Source of the DNA: Candidatus Magasanikiibacteriota bacterium
GTDB lineage: Bacteria; Patescibacteriota; Patescibacteriia; Magasanikbacterales; GWA2-37-8
DNA: 64,000 bases
Assembly (NCBI GenBank): GCA_016182085.1
Contig: JACOYB010000005.1
Span: 1,013-65,012, forward strand
Direction: 5' to 3'
The position numbers and the translations under genes were made by a program. The notes beneath the pieces were generated by a model. That model made no database searches. It was given only the letters and a program-made list of their open reading frames with translations, and was not told where the DNA came from. This document shows, piece by piece, positions 1 through 10,154 of this stretch; the stretch's first letter is position 1, and each line of letters begins with the position of its first letter.

Positions 1-855
1 CAACTGTTTTTCAGGATTCGACTCTTTTTCAACATATTCAGAAATATCTGGAGTCACGGCATAGAGCGACTTAAACAACACCTTCTCTTCACCCATCTTT
101 CGTACCAACTTACTATAGTAACCTTTAGATACCGTGCAATCAGCATCAATAAAATCAATGATCGATTTAAGCTCGTCAGGATTAGCATTATTTTTTTGCG
201 CCTTTTTTAGCCTTTCCAAAGCAATATGCCCACCAATATTGCGTGCCTGACCTCCAGGATTATATTTATCATCTACAGCAAACATTTCGCTACTTGCATC
301 TATAGGAAAAATTTTAACACCAGACTCTACACATTCTTTAAAAATAGTTTTTTCATGCTCTGTTAACCCAAGCTGGCTAAGTTTTTCCCGCACACCGATT
401 ATAATTTCATCCAAAGCACCGCCTTCGATAAATTCTCTTTGAGCTATCTGTAATAAACGCAAACAGCGTAGGGTATTTTGATTTTCTTGAAAAGACGGCG
501 TATTACTTTTAGCATCTTCAGTTCGATTATTAATTACATAAAGCGTCTCCGATGAAATCTTAGTGTGAGCGCCTGCTTCATGACTAAGAGATTGTAATAG
601 ACGCCAAAAATTATTATTTTGCAATTCTCTATAAGCAGGGACAACTGTAACCACCTGCAGTTTATTATCTACCTCGGGTAGGTAATCTCCATACTTTGTA
701 ATGATATCATCATGGACGCGTTTAAATTCTCTTTGCCTTCTTTCCAAAAATGGTTTTCTCCAATCATAAAAATCACCTGATGAAATTGGTTCAGGTATTT
801 CTGAATTATGGCTGCCATTACTCATCGCGAAGTTTTGTTCTGGTGATCTGATCAT
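1..855 (-). CDS. GT-A/GT2-like glycosyltransferase, runs off the left edge
   Basis: Manual translation from ATG at 855: MIRSPEQ...VVTVVPAYRE...GQARNIG...IIDFIDADC (DxD motif); absent from the ORF track because it is truncated. Confidence 0.65.
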   Translation of the reverse strand, partial: MIRSPEQNFAMSNGSHNSEIPEPISSGDFYDWRKPFLERRQREFKRVHDDIITKYGDYLPEVDNKLQVVTVVPAYRELQNNNFWRLLQSLSHEAGAHTKISSETLYVINNRTEDAKSNTPSFQENQNTLRCLRLLQIAQREFIEGGALDEIIIGVREKLSQLGLTEHEKTIFKECVESGVKIFPIDASSEMFAVDDKYNPGGQARNIGGHIALERLKKAQKNNANPDELKSIIDFIDADCTVSKGYYSKLVRKMGEEKVLFKSLYAVTPDISEYVEKESNPEKQL

Positions 856-948
856 GGAATAGTGTATATCAATTCTGACAATCTCTACTCTATCACATCA
901 TTAAAATCGCTTCAATTAACAATTTATTTACAGCGGAATACGATAAAC

Positions 949-1093
949 TTGATTGGTTAGCCAAAAGGGGCTGGGGAATCCTGTCCGATTTTGGTGGATT
1001 TACGACGGTGCAGCGGGGATACGAAAAGTTACGAGGGGAATTTACGGAATAGGACGGGCGGAAGGAGGGGTTGGGGGAGGAATTCCGCCCGCC
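949..1093 (+). repeat. att-like site S1 (A arm + GCAG core + B arm), probable left junction of the island
   Basis: 1010-1093 matches the reverse complement of 9997-10080 at 83/84 nt; 951-1013 matches 11575-11637 at 52/63 nt. Confidence 0.85.
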
Positions 1094-1137
1094 CACCGGT
1101 GTGCTTTTTGACGATTTCAAGTTTTTCTTAACCTTCC

Positions 1138-1686
1138 CTATTTATAAAATAACTCATGATTACGAAGTTCTTTTTTTATATCTAAATAATTTGGAAGTGC
1201 TTCCTCAACTAAAGACCAGAATTTTCTGGAGTGATTAAATTCCTTCAAATGGCACATCTCGTGCACTATAATATAATCCTGGTGTTTTTGCGATAAAAAC
1301 ACTATTTTATAATTCAAATTTAGATTGTGCTTGCATGAACAACTACCCCAGCGAGTCTTTTGATTTTTAATAAAGATTTTATTGAACGAAAAACCATACA
1401 CCTTATTATAAAATGCAACTCGTTCATTCACAAGAGCAAATGCTTTATCTTTATTTTCTAGATAATCCTTGTTCGAAAAAGTGCGTATAGCCCTACTATC
1501 CACGCTCTTAAAAAATTGTATTTTGTCCCACACCCATTGTTTTTTATCGGTAATAAATTTTTCAATTATCGATTGCTGAACCCCAAAAGGACTCGTAATC
1601 ACAACACTTCCGTCACAATAGACCGCGAGACGCATTCGTTTTGCTCGCTTGCTTCTTTTGAGTTTATAGGGGATTTTCTTTTCCAT
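1138..1686 (-). CDS. YgjP/DUF45 (M48/SprT-like) metallohydrolase
   Basis: KTRWGSC and VHEMCH (HExxH) motifs; common neighbour downstream of hsdR. Confidence 0.85.
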   Translation of the reverse strand: MEKKIPYKLKRSKRAKRMRLAVYCDGSVVITSPFGVQQSIIEKFITDKKQWVWDKIQFFKSVDSRAIRTFSNKDYLENKDKAFALVNERVAFYNKVYGFSFNKIFIKNQKTRWGSCSCKHNLNLNYKIVFLSQKHQDYIIVHEMCHLKEFNHSRKFWSLVEEALPNYLDIKKELRNHELFYK

Positions 1687-1691
1687 ACGCT

Positions 1692-4607
1692 CTAGAATTT
1701 TTTAGTGATTATATCCACCAACCTATTCAAGAATTTCGGAAAATCTTTTACAACAAACCTGCCTTTATAATCTCGTAATATTATCTCCTGCAGCGTTTGT
1801 TTGATATCCTTTATAAAAACATCCCTCTTTGAGGATTCCTGCCACCCAGCATCAAGATCATCCTCTATACGAATTCGCAACTCCTTCACAAACTTTTTAA
1901 TCTCCTCATCTTTTCCACCTTCAATGAATTCCTGCGAGATTACATAGAGCGCGTACTCTTTTAAATCAAGCCCCAAATCTTTCGCTTCGCCCCCTTTTGT
2001 TCGGATATCTCTCATCAATTCTTCATACCGACGAATTCGTTCAGCAAGATCAATCTGATTCTGTTCAAACTCTTTACGAATAGCGGTAAGTCGCTCGCTG
2101 AACTTCTGGTAGGCTGGATTTTCATCTAGGTTGATTGAAATTTCTTGCTTGAGCATTTTCTCAAGATTCAATGCCTTTTCTTCCTCATCCATCCCTTTTA
2201 ATCGCTCGAGCGTATATAAATCATTCACGCGAAGTTCACGAAAATTCTTAGTGATTCCTTCATAATCAATAATATTACTTTTTTGAATTAATTCTCTAAC
2301 TTTCTCACCGTATTCTTCCAGTAAATATCTGTCGTCTTCACTTCGAAAATGTTTCAAAAATGCTAAATAAAAACTCGTTACCCACTCAAACTGGCGAATA
2401 TACTGCTTCAAGAATGGATCAGGCGATAAAAACTCAAACAAACTCTTGAGCTTCATATATTTCTCAACAAAGTATTTTTGTTTGTCTTGATTATCCATAA
2501 AAATCTTCAAGCATCGGCGAAGGTTATCCATCGACGGATCTTCGATATTCACTCCTGTAAATATCTTCATCATATCATTCAATACGTCCACAAATCTCTC
2601 TTTCACCCGTTCAATATCAATCATCGCTGAATCTATAACATCCTCATCAAAATCAAGCGCATCATACAAATTTCTTGTAATTCCATAATAATCAATAATT
2701 TTTCCCGCTTCTTTGTTTTTATACACACGATTTGTACGCGCAATCGCCTGCAAAAGGTTGTGGTCACGAAGTGGTTTATCGAGATACATCACCTGCTCTA
2801 TAGGCGCATCAAAGCCAGTAAGCAACATGTCGCACACTAAAAGAAATTTCAAAGACGATTTTGGATCTTTGAATCGTTCAATAATTTGTTCGCGTTCACG
2901 CTTGCTAGTGTTATACACTTTCAAATCATCAGCATCGCTATTTGGATCTCCTGGCGAATACACCACGGCTGACCATTCGGTAGGAATAAACTTATCAAGC
3001 AATTTCTTATAAGTCGCCACAGCTTCGCGGTCATACGCTACAATCTGCGCCTTAAAGCCATTTGGCTCAACATAGAGCTTGTAATGTTCAATAATGTCCC
3101 TTGCAACGGCTTCCATGCGTTTTGGCAATTTAACCAAAGCCGCTTTCTTACCATATTTCTTCACCAACTCGGTTTTTTGTTTATCTGGCAAATCTCCGGC
3201 AATTTCTTCAAACTTCTGATCAAGTTTTTCTTCATCAATAGAAAACTTAGAAAGTCGCGCTTCATAAGTCACCGGGATTGTCGCTCCGTCATCAATAGCT
3301 TGCTGAATGGAATAATAATCCAAATACCGTTTTCCCTCACCTTCATAATTTCGGAAAGTGTTTGTATGTGTTTTATCCACCGGAGTACCAGTGAATCCAA
3401 AGAAGAATGCTTTTTTAAACGCATTACGCATATTGATACCCGATACGCCCTCGTCGCCACGGTGTGCTTCGTCAGAAAGAATAATCACATTCTCGTCTAG
3501 ATTTTGTACTTTATCACCAAGTTCGGAAAACTTTTGAATGGTCGTGATGAAAATACCTTTCTCTGGTGATTGAATTTTTAGCTCTAAATCCTTACGAGAA
3601 GTGACACGAACAATATTTTTTCCTCCCGCATTAGTAAATGTTTCAAATATCTGATCGTCCAAATCTACGCGATCAACCAAAATAAACACCTTCGGATTAG
3701 CAAGTTGTTTATTGAAACGCAATTTCCATGCCGTAAAATACATTGTAAGCGTCTTGCCCGATCCTTGCGTATGCCAAATAAGCCCTTGTCGTTTTTCTTT
3801 ATTCACAACACGCTCCACAATTTTATTTGTTGCTCTCATTTGCTGATAGCGAGCCATTTTCTTCACCAATCTTTCTTTTTCTTTTTCAAATAAAATAAAG
3901 TTTTGAACGATATCCAAAAAGTTTGCTTTAGAGAGTAATGAAAAAAGTGTCATCTCCAGTTCTCCGCCTAGTTCTTTTTCGGCATTCTCATCACGCCACT
4001 GAAGAAAATATTGTTTTGGCGTACCGGTTGCACCGTAAACAGTTTTGAGCCCGTCACTGGCGATATTGAAACAGTTTGGAATAAATAATTTACGAGCAAC
4101 TTTTTCATATCGTTTTATTTGGTCAATACCATTCTCAAAACTAACTCCTTCGGAAGCTGTCGGACTTTTGGCTTCAATATCCACGAGCGGAAACCCGTTC
4201 ACAAAAATGATAATATCCGGACGAATATTTTCGGTGTCGCCTTCAAAATAGAACTGATTAGTAACGACAAATTGATTATTTTCCGGATTGTCAAAATCAA
4301 GCAGTTTGTAATCGTGCTTTTTTCCTGTAGATGAATTCTTAAGGTTGATCCCATCTCGTAATACTTTCAAAAAAGCTTCGTTGTTATCAATTTTTCTCAC
4401 CTCGCGAATCACATTCTTGATCTCGCTTTCGTTCGCAGTAGGATTGAGGGCAGAAAGCGCGCGTTCCAAAAGCGGAGTGGTGATGTATTCCGTCTCAAGT
4501 TCGCGATACTTCACAAACTCCTCCGGCTTTATATACTCAAAACCAAGCTTATCTTTAATAAACTTGATGATGTAATTTTCGATTGTAACTTGTTCGTTGA
4601 ATTTCAT
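1692..4607 (-). CDS. hsdR: Type I restriction endonuclease subunit R
   Basis: RPDIIIFVNGFPLVDIEAK nuclease motif, WHTQGSGKT Walker A, DEAHR, FTGTP, MLLTGFDAP, QAIARTNR. Confidence 0.95.
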   Translation of the reverse strand: MKFNEQVTIENYIIKFIKDKLGFEYIKPEEFVKYRELETEYITTPLLERALSALNPTANESEIKNVIREVRKIDNNEAFLKVLRDGINLKNSSTGKKHDYKLLDFDNPENNQFVVTNQFYFEGDTENIRPDIIIFVNGFPLVDIEAKSPTASEGVSFENGIDQIKRYEKVARKLFIPNCFNIASDGLKTVYGATGTPKQYFLQWRDENAEKELGGELEMTLFSLLSKANFLDIVQNFILFEKEKERLVKKMARYQQMRATNKIVERVVNKEKRQGLIWHTQGSGKTLTMYFTAWKLRFNKQLANPKVFILVDRVDLDDQIFETFTNAGGKNIVRVTSRKDLELKIQSPEKGIFITTIQKFSELGDKVQNLDENVIILSDEAHRGDEGVSGINMRNAFKKAFFFGFTGTPVDKTHTNTFRNYEGEGKRYLDYYSIQQAIDDGATIPVTYEARLSKFSIDEEKLDQKFEEIAGDLPDKQKTELVKKYGKKAALVKLPKRMEAVARDIIEHYKLYVEPNGFKAQIVAYDREAVATYKKLLDKFIPTEWSAVVYSPGDPNSDADDLKVYNTSKREREQIIERFKDPKSSLKFLLVCDMLLTGFDAPIEQVMYLDKPLRDHNLLQAIARTNRVYKNKEAGKIIDYYGITRNLYDALDFDEDVIDSAMIDIERVKERFVDVLNDMMKIFTGVNIEDPSMDNLRRCLKIFMDNQDKQKYFVEKYMKLKSLFEFLSPDPFLKQYIRQFEWVTSFYLAFLKHFRSEDDRYLLEEYGEKVRELIQKSNIIDYEGITKNFRELRVNDLYTLERLKGMDEEEKALNLEKMLKQEISINLDENPAYQKFSERLTAIRKEFEQNQIDLAERIRRYEELMRDIRTKGGEAKDLGLDLKEYALYVISQEFIEGGKDEEIKKFVKELRIRIEDDLDAGWQESSKRDVFIKDIKQTLQEIILRDYKGRFVVKDFPKFLNRLVDIITKKF

Positions 4608-5746
4608 ATATTTGTTCGTACTACCCCACTCAACAAGTCCTGCATTAGGCCTTTCTTGAGGAGAGTAAGTTTTTCTTTTAATTTTTTATTGACCAAAATC
4701 TTTTTATCAACTGCGGAAAGAATTTCTGCAATCTCTTTTATTTCAGAGGTTTTTTTTGGCTTCGGTATTGGTATCATAAAAAGTCGATCCTTATTTAACT
4801 TCGGTTGAGTCATCCCCGTTAGATACGGCCCCAGATTAAGCATATTCAAATAATCTTGGACATATTGTTGTAAAAATTTATCTTCAAATCTTTGAATATG
4901 TGCATGATTATTCACCCAATACTTACCAGTTGCAGTAAAAGCAATAGGATAATTTCTATCTTTAAGATTCGCGCCATCTTCCGAAATTAGTAATAACGTT
5001 TCTTCAAAAATATAATCACTAACATAATCAACGATGCCTGTTGCGCCGTAGTAGGGATATTGTCCAGTGCTTCTTTTTGATTTAGTTATCGGAATGCGTT
5101 TGTTATCCAAGTTTTTAGAAATATCTTCCAAGCTCAACACATCCCACTCTTCCGGAATCTGTCCGATTTTTGTCTCCTTAAATTTTGTATGCCCAATCCC
5201 GCGAGTAAAAAGCTGTTGCATCAATCCGCGCTTGAGCTTTTCTGTCGCCTCAATCACTTCCTGCGTTTTCGCAATATCCTCATCCACCGCTCCCAAAATT
5301 TCGGCAATTTTTTGTTGTTCAGGGAACGGCGGAACCAACACTTCCAAATTCTGATATTGCGATATGTAGAATCGTTTATGACTTCCAGTAGGAAAATTAA
5401 CAGATTTCATTTTTGCATAAAAAAATCGCAAATCCACATCAGATCTTTTTTCTTTCAAAATTTTAATAGCTGATGACTTTATTTTAAACGGAAAATCAAC
5501 AAACTTACTATCAGTTGTAAAATCATCAAAGATGATTACTGGAAGATTTTTATAAACCCCAAAATCTTCATCCGTATAACCCAATACAAAAGACTTATTT
5601 GCCGTAAGTACGGGGGTCTTTGCTTTGTCGCTATAACTTGTACTTTTAACGATATAATTATCGGGACGCTCATAACCCAAAATATCGCTCAATTTTTTAA
5701 GCGACCACCCTTTTGGAATATTTTGTTGTGTGATGTTAGTTTTCAT
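4604..5746 (-). CDS. hsdS: Type I R-M specificity subunit
   Basis: IPKGW/IPEEW TRD starts; repeated EQQKIAEIL...KRGLMQQL conserved helices. Confidence 0.93.
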   Translation of the reverse strand: MKTNITQQNIPKGWSLKKLSDILGYERPDNYIVKSTSYSDKAKTPVLTANKSFVLGYTDEDFGVYKNLPVIIFDDFTTDSKFVDFPFKIKSSAIKILKEKRSDVDLRFFYAKMKSVNFPTGSHKRFYISQYQNLEVLVPPFPEQQKIAEILGAVDEDIAKTQEVIEATEKLKRGLMQQLFTRGIGHTKFKETKIGQIPEEWDVLSLEDISKNLDNKRIPITKSKRSTGQYPYYGATGIVDYVSDYIFEETLLLISEDGANLKDRNYPIAFTATGKYWVNNHAHIQRFEDKFLQQYVQDYLNMLNLGPYLTGMTQPKLNKDRLFMIPIPKPKKTSEIKEIAEILSAVDKKILVNKKLKEKLTLLKKGLMQDLLSGVVRTNI

Positions 5747-5748
5747 AC

Positions 5749-6648
5749 CTAACTATCAATTCTAATAATCTTAGACGCGTGATTTGGATCTTCGGTTTTC
5801 TCCTGAATTGTAAGTTGTCTATAATACCTACAAGAATATCTTAAATAATCTTCTAACTCATCCAGATCTATATTGCCCTTCTTCAAATCAACGGGGTAGA
5901 TTGAAATAATCAATTTCTCACAGATATTAAGTGTTTTAGAAGTTTCTACATAACTTGCAATGATTTCCTTGATTGATCCTGTGCGAGATAAGTAAGAGTC
6001 CCTTCCATGTTGAGTATTAATCAGTGGAATAGTGACTGCGCTATCCTTAGCAGATTCCAATGCAACGTAAGACCACAGTCCATTCAGGGCTTGAATAAAA
6101 TCATCAATTTCAGATTTCACTCGATTATTACCATTTTTTACAGAATTCACTACGAGATAAAACTTTTTTCCATTTTGCTCAACTTCAATTGTTTTTCCAA
6201 CATCATGGTTAGTCCCAATAGACAACTTAGCGGAAATATCAGTATTTAAGTGTTCGGTTTTTCCATTGTAAAATTTCTGAATTACTTGATTCTGAATACT
6301 ATTTGCCTTTTGAACATTCCCCCCAAGAGACATATCAAATTGATCATTTACAGGGACCACAAGAGCACCTTTATTTTCAAAAGCATCGCCGACTCTGATT
6401 TCCAGAAAATTATCTTTACCGCGCAAGTGATAACCAAAGTGTGATTTCGGTTTATTTTTTACAATAGCAAATAGAAGGATAATAATAAAAACAAAGGCGA
6501 AAACATCAACTTTTTTTAGATAAACATCGGCAGAACCTGCTGTGCTATAACTGGCAATCTCTACAAATAGCCAAAAGATACCTACAAATGACACAAGGTC
6601 CACTAAAATAAATTTCCATTTTTTTATCCACCTCTTTAATAAACTCAT
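5749..6648 (-). CDS. thsA: ThsA-like effector: two N-terminal TM helices + Macro-like domain (Thoeris type II-like)
   Basis: Two hydrophobic helices, then EIRVGDAF, VVPVNDQFD, VTIPLI; overlaps the TIR gene by 4 bp. Confidence 0.72.
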   Translation of the reverse strand: MSLLKRWIKKWKFILVDLVSFVGIFWLFVEIASYSTAGSADVYLKKVDVFAFVFIIILLFAIVKNKPKSHFGYHLRGKDNFLEIRVGDAFENKGALVVPVNDQFDMSLGGNVQKANSIQNQVIQKFYNGKTEHLNTDISAKLSIGTNHDVGKTIEVEQNGKKFYLVVNSVKNGNNRVKSEIDDFIQALNGLWSYVALESAKDSAVTIPLINTQHGRDSYLSRTGSIKEIIASYVETSKTLNICEKLIISIYPVDLKKGNIDLDELEDYLRYSCRYYRQLTIQEKTEDPNHASKIIRIDS

Positions 6649-7148
6649 AGCCCTAGATTTTTATAAGTTTCTTCATTATACCTGTAAGCTCCTGATTTTC
6701 TCTCTCCTCTATATTTTTTATCCAACATCTCCCACTCATCTAACGCTTTTGCAATAATTTTTTGGTTAAAACTAACGTGCACAGCCAACTCATCAACAAG
6801 AGTTGCCGGACAAAGACTTCCATCCTTATACCTTTTTCCATTCAGATTTATAACAATAATTGGCAAACTTCTTTTAACAGCTTGTTCGACCTCCCAGAGT
6901 ACAAACTTACGAAGCAATTTTGTTTTTTCACCGACAAGCAAGACAAAAACTTTCGTATTTTGGAGTCTTTCACGAAGCTTGGCTTTAATTGTTTCCTCGC
7001 TTGCCCATGACATTAAATTATTTAAATCATGAGCATCATAAAAGTTAAATGGTGTATTATCATTTTGCTTCCATGCTTGCATCAGCCGATAATAACGAAT
7101 GTCATTATCGGCATCAAACGCAACATAAGTTTTATTTGTGTAGGCCAT
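6645..7148 (-). CDS. thsB: TIR-domain protein ThsB-like (MTH538/DUF1863)
   Basis: MAYTNKTYVAFD start, VLLVGEKT, WEVEQA with putative catalytic Glu, LPIIVINL. Confidence 0.82.
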   Translation of the reverse strand: MAYTNKTYVAFDADNDIRYYRLMQAWKQNDNTPFNFYDAHDLNNLMSWASEETIKAKLRERLQNTKVFVLLVGEKTKLLRKFVLWEVEQAVKRSLPIIVINLNGKRYKDGSLCPATLVDELAVHVSFNQKIIAKALDEWEMLDKKYRGERKSGAYRYNEETYKNLGL

Positions 7149-7175
7149 ATATTTTTAATATTTTAATTCTAAAAA

Positions 7176-7988
7176 TTATTCCCCACTTTCAATATTCTTT
7201 ACCTTCTTAGACTTCTTTATTCTCGTATGCGCCTTTCCTATCGCGTCCGGCGTTGGCAGATGTTCCGGCATAGTGCCGCCAAGGCTAGCAATGGTGTTGC
7301 GAACTTTTTGACCAACTTCATAATGCGCCAGGCTAGCGTTAGTTTGACCTTGTATATTTTCGCGCTTTATTTTTGCATCAGTTTGAGTGGCGCGAAATAA
7401 GTTGGCTGCTAACTCTTCACTATTCATGTGGTCTAAAATCTTTTGCGACTTCTTCAATCCCTTTTTTTCATGAATATCCTGCATTGTTAGTCCGCCATAC
7501 AAACCTTTATAGCCATAATTCTGGAAAATTGCATAGTTTTCTACCCCTGCTATAGCCGCGGTTTTAGTTAATGCCGTATTGTGTTTTTTCATTTCTTCAC
7601 GCAAATAAACACGACTATGATCTTCAATCAAATTATCAGTTTTTTCTTGGCGTCGGGTCTGAATTGCAAAATAGGTTTGACCTTTAGCAACCACAACCTT
7701 GGTTGGGTCGGAATTTTGCACTATCAAATAACAGGCGTACCGAGATAAATATATGGTATCTATCGGCCTTTCTGCTCCAGAGCCAATCTGGACCATTTCG
7801 TCCATATGGACAAAATGGTTGTGGATAACTTCCCCGCTATTTTCACAAGCAATTTGCGCTTTATCAATAACATTCTGAAATTTACGATAGTCTGGATACT
7901 CTAAAGCCTTGGCCAAATCACGTGAAGACCAATATTCCGCACCATTATTATCTATTCTTTTTATTGATTCAAAGGTATTGTCTGCCAT
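7176..7988 (-). CDS. dinD: DNA-damage-inducible protein D (Bro-N-like)
   Basis: FESIKR..EYWSSRDL, LSRYACYLIVQNSDP, QTYFAIQTRRQE, ELAANLFRATQT, GGTMPE. Confidence 0.88.
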   Translation of the reverse strand: MADNTFESIKRIDNNGAEYWSSRDLAKALEYPDYRKFQNVIDKAQIACENSGEVIHNHFVHMDEMVQIGSGAERPIDTIYLSRYACYLIVQNSDPTKVVVAKGQTYFAIQTRRQEKTDNLIEDHSRVYLREEMKKHNTALTKTAAIAGVENYAIFQNYGYKGLYGGLTMQDIHEKKGLKKSQKILDHMNSEELAANLFRATQTDAKIKRENIQGQTNASLAHYEVGQKVRNTIASLGGTMPEHLPTPDAIGKAHTRIKKSKKVKNIESGE

Positions 7989-7993
7989 ATTAT

Positions 7994-9679
7994 TTAGTAG
8001 TTTAATTCTTTTAAATAGCCTGCAACTTTTTTGTCGGCTGCTTCACGCTCTTTTTCAATCTCCTTCACCTCGCTCCACACTGTTTTCACATCCACCACTT
8101 CCTCATCCTCGCCGTTTTCTACATAGCGTCGCACATTGAGATTAAACTCGTTTTCCTTTAGCTCTTTGATATCCACAACTCGAGCGTATTTTTCAATATC
8201 TCGGTAGCCCTCAAACGCCAACACCATTTTTTCTATATCTTTTTTTCGTAAGCGGTTCTGGTTTTTTCCTTCCTCAAAATCTTGTTCGGCATCAATGATG
8301 AGAATTTTGTTCTTGTGACCCTCTGGTTTATTTTTGTTAAATATCACAATTGCTGCCGGAATACCCGTACCATAAAAAAGTTTTGCAGGAAGAGCAATGA
8401 TGGCTTCGATTAAATCGTTTTTGATAAGATTTTCGCGGATACGACCTTCTGCGCCACCACGGAAAAGCACACCGTGTGGAAGCACGATTCCGGCACGGCC
8501 ATTTTCGTTCATTGATTTCACCATGTGAAGCACGAAAGCATAATCGGCTTTTTTGGCTGGAGGCATTTCGTAGCCGGCAACTCGGCCGTATTTATCATGT
8601 TTAAATATTTCGTATTCCCATTCACTTATAGAATACGGAGGATTAGCAACGCAGATGTCGAACGTCTTCAGCGAACCGTCTGGGTTTAGAAACTTCGGAT
8701 CAGCGAGCGTGTCTCCACGCTGAATGTCGGCACTATCAAGCCCGTGTAGGAACATGTTAATCTTTGCGATTGCATATGTCCCGATATTAATTTCCTGTCC
8801 ATAAAGATAAAGCGAACGGGCTTTTTTGTCTCCCTCTTGGTCTTTTAGATGATGATACGCCTCCAAAAGGAAGCCTCCAGAGCCAACAGCCATGTCATAT
8901 ATATGATCCTTCTCGTGCGGCTTTAAGATGCTAATAATCACACGCTCAACTTCGCGTGGAGTGTAGAATTCTCCACCTTTTTTACCGGCATCCGCCGCAA
9001 ATTGCTCGATTAGATATTCGTACGCATCGCCAAGAAGATCAGAACTGATATAATTGTCTCCAAAATTAAATTGTGAGAAGTGATTTATAAGGCGCTGGAT
9101 TGTTTCATTTGGAAATTTATCTTTATTTGCAAAATCTAGATCATCAAAAATCTTGTCGAGCTTTGGACTATTTGCATTTGTGAGCTTATCAAAAATCCCG
9201 TTTAGTTTATGGCCGATTCCTTCGGCTTGTTTTTGAATTACTTCCCATCGGCAATCTTTTGGAACTTGAAAACGGTGATTGTGGTCTGCGCGCGCAATTT
9301 CTTCATCGTGATATTCTTCTAAAACTTTTTTATACTCTTCATCCCATGAGTCACTAATGCGTTTGTAAAAAAGAAGCCCAAAAATATATTTTTTATAATC
9401 CGAACTATCTATCTTCCCGCGCAAAATATCGGCGCTTCTCCAAAGAAATTGCTTGAGTTGAGTTAGATTCATCTTTCCTTCATCATCTGCGCTAGGAACA
9501 CCGAGCTCTTTTATAATGCTTTTATCGTTTGCGATACGCTCAATATCTTCGGGTTTATATTTTCGATCTTTTCGAGGGCCAACTCGCAAAGGAGTAATGA
9601 GGCCCCTTTTTTCCCAGTTACGAAGAGTGTCTTGATGAATTCCAAATATTTTCGAAACTTCGCTGATTGAGAGTAACAT
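7994..9679 (-). CDS. hsdM: Type I R-M methyltransferase with N-terminal MerR-like HTH fusion
   Basis: LWRSADILRG, GEFYTP, GSGGFL, GQEIN, NPPY; first ~50 aa LSISEVSKIFGIHQDTLRNWEKRG..R.Y form an HTH. Confidence 0.93.
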   Translation of the reverse strand: MLLSISEVSKIFGIHQDTLRNWEKRGLITPLRVGPRKDRKYKPEDIERIANDKSIIKELGVPSADDEGKMNLTQLKQFLWRSADILRGKIDSSDYKKYIFGLLFYKRISDSWDEEYKKVLEEYHDEEIARADHNHRFQVPKDCRWEVIQKQAEGIGHKLNGIFDKLTNANSPKLDKIFDDLDFANKDKFPNETIQRLINHFSQFNFGDNYISSDLLGDAYEYLIEQFAADAGKKGGEFYTPREVERVIISILKPHEKDHIYDMAVGSGGFLLEAYHHLKDQEGDKKARSLYLYGQEINIGTYAIAKINMFLHGLDSADIQRGDTLADPKFLNPDGSLKTFDICVANPPYSISEWEYEIFKHDKYGRVAGYEMPPAKKADYAFVLHMVKSMNENGRAGIVLPHGVLFRGGAEGRIRENLIKNDLIEAIIALPAKLFYGTGIPAAIVIFNKNKPEGHKNKILIIDAEQDFEEGKNQNRLRKKDIEKMVLAFEGYRDIEKYARVVDIKELKENEFNLNVRRYVENGEDEEVVDVKTVWSEVKEIEKEREAADKKVAGYLKELNY

Positions 9680-9710
9680 ATTAATTTTTGACTATTTTTT
9701 TAATTTTTCT

Positions 9711-9741
9711 TATGATATCATAGGTCTGTATGAATTGTCAA
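9711..9741 (-). promoter_or_regulatory. Putative sigma70 promoter/operator of the hsd-ths operon
   Basis: Minus strand TTGACA-18 nt-TATCAT with extended TG; palindrome TATGATATCATA at 9711-9722. Confidence 0.5.
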
Positions 9742-9878
9742 GGAATAATCAAAAATTCATATATTTTCATAGGTTTGATAGGGAGTTCCTACCTCCTCCG
9801 AGCGCGCACGGGTGGGCGGGGCAAGCGCGGAGAAAAGAAAAGTTTGCTTTTGGCCACCGTAAAGTTCGAGCCTATAAT

Positions 9879-9938
9879 CGAAATGAGTGAGTGAAATATT
9901 TTGCTTGCAAAATTGTTTCCGAGCGAATGAGTTTATAT
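9879..9938. repeat. CGAAATGAGTGA-hairpin-GAATGAGT family copy
   Basis: Same flanks as the copies at 28693, 28762, 39309 and 60185. Confidence 0.7.
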
Positions 9939-9996
9939 CTTAATATTTTTTTACAGGTTGTTTGGCAGTTTTTAAAAAGCGCACTCGCCTAGGCGA

Positions 9997-10154
9997 GGCG
10001 GGCGGAATTCCTCCCCCAACCCCTCCTTCCGCCCGTCCTATTCCGTAAATTCCCCTCGTAATTTTTCGTATCCCCGCTGCGAAAACCGAAATGGGGTTAA
10101 AATTGGTAAAATCCCCCAACCTTTTTTGGCTAACCAATCAAATTTTTTGCCTTT
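9997..10154 (-). repeat. att-like site S2 (inverted A arm + GCAG + B arm) upstream of the recombinase
   Basis: B arm 83/84 identical to S1; 10129-10154 is the exact reverse complement of 11560-11585; same 61-nt offset from TTGATTGGTTAG to GCAG as in S1 and S3. Confidence 0.85.

Noticed and set aside
893-1120. 75-aa minus-strand ORF (and the 65-aa ORF at 9940-10137)
   Set aside because: Both are translations of the att-like repeat; no protein-like features
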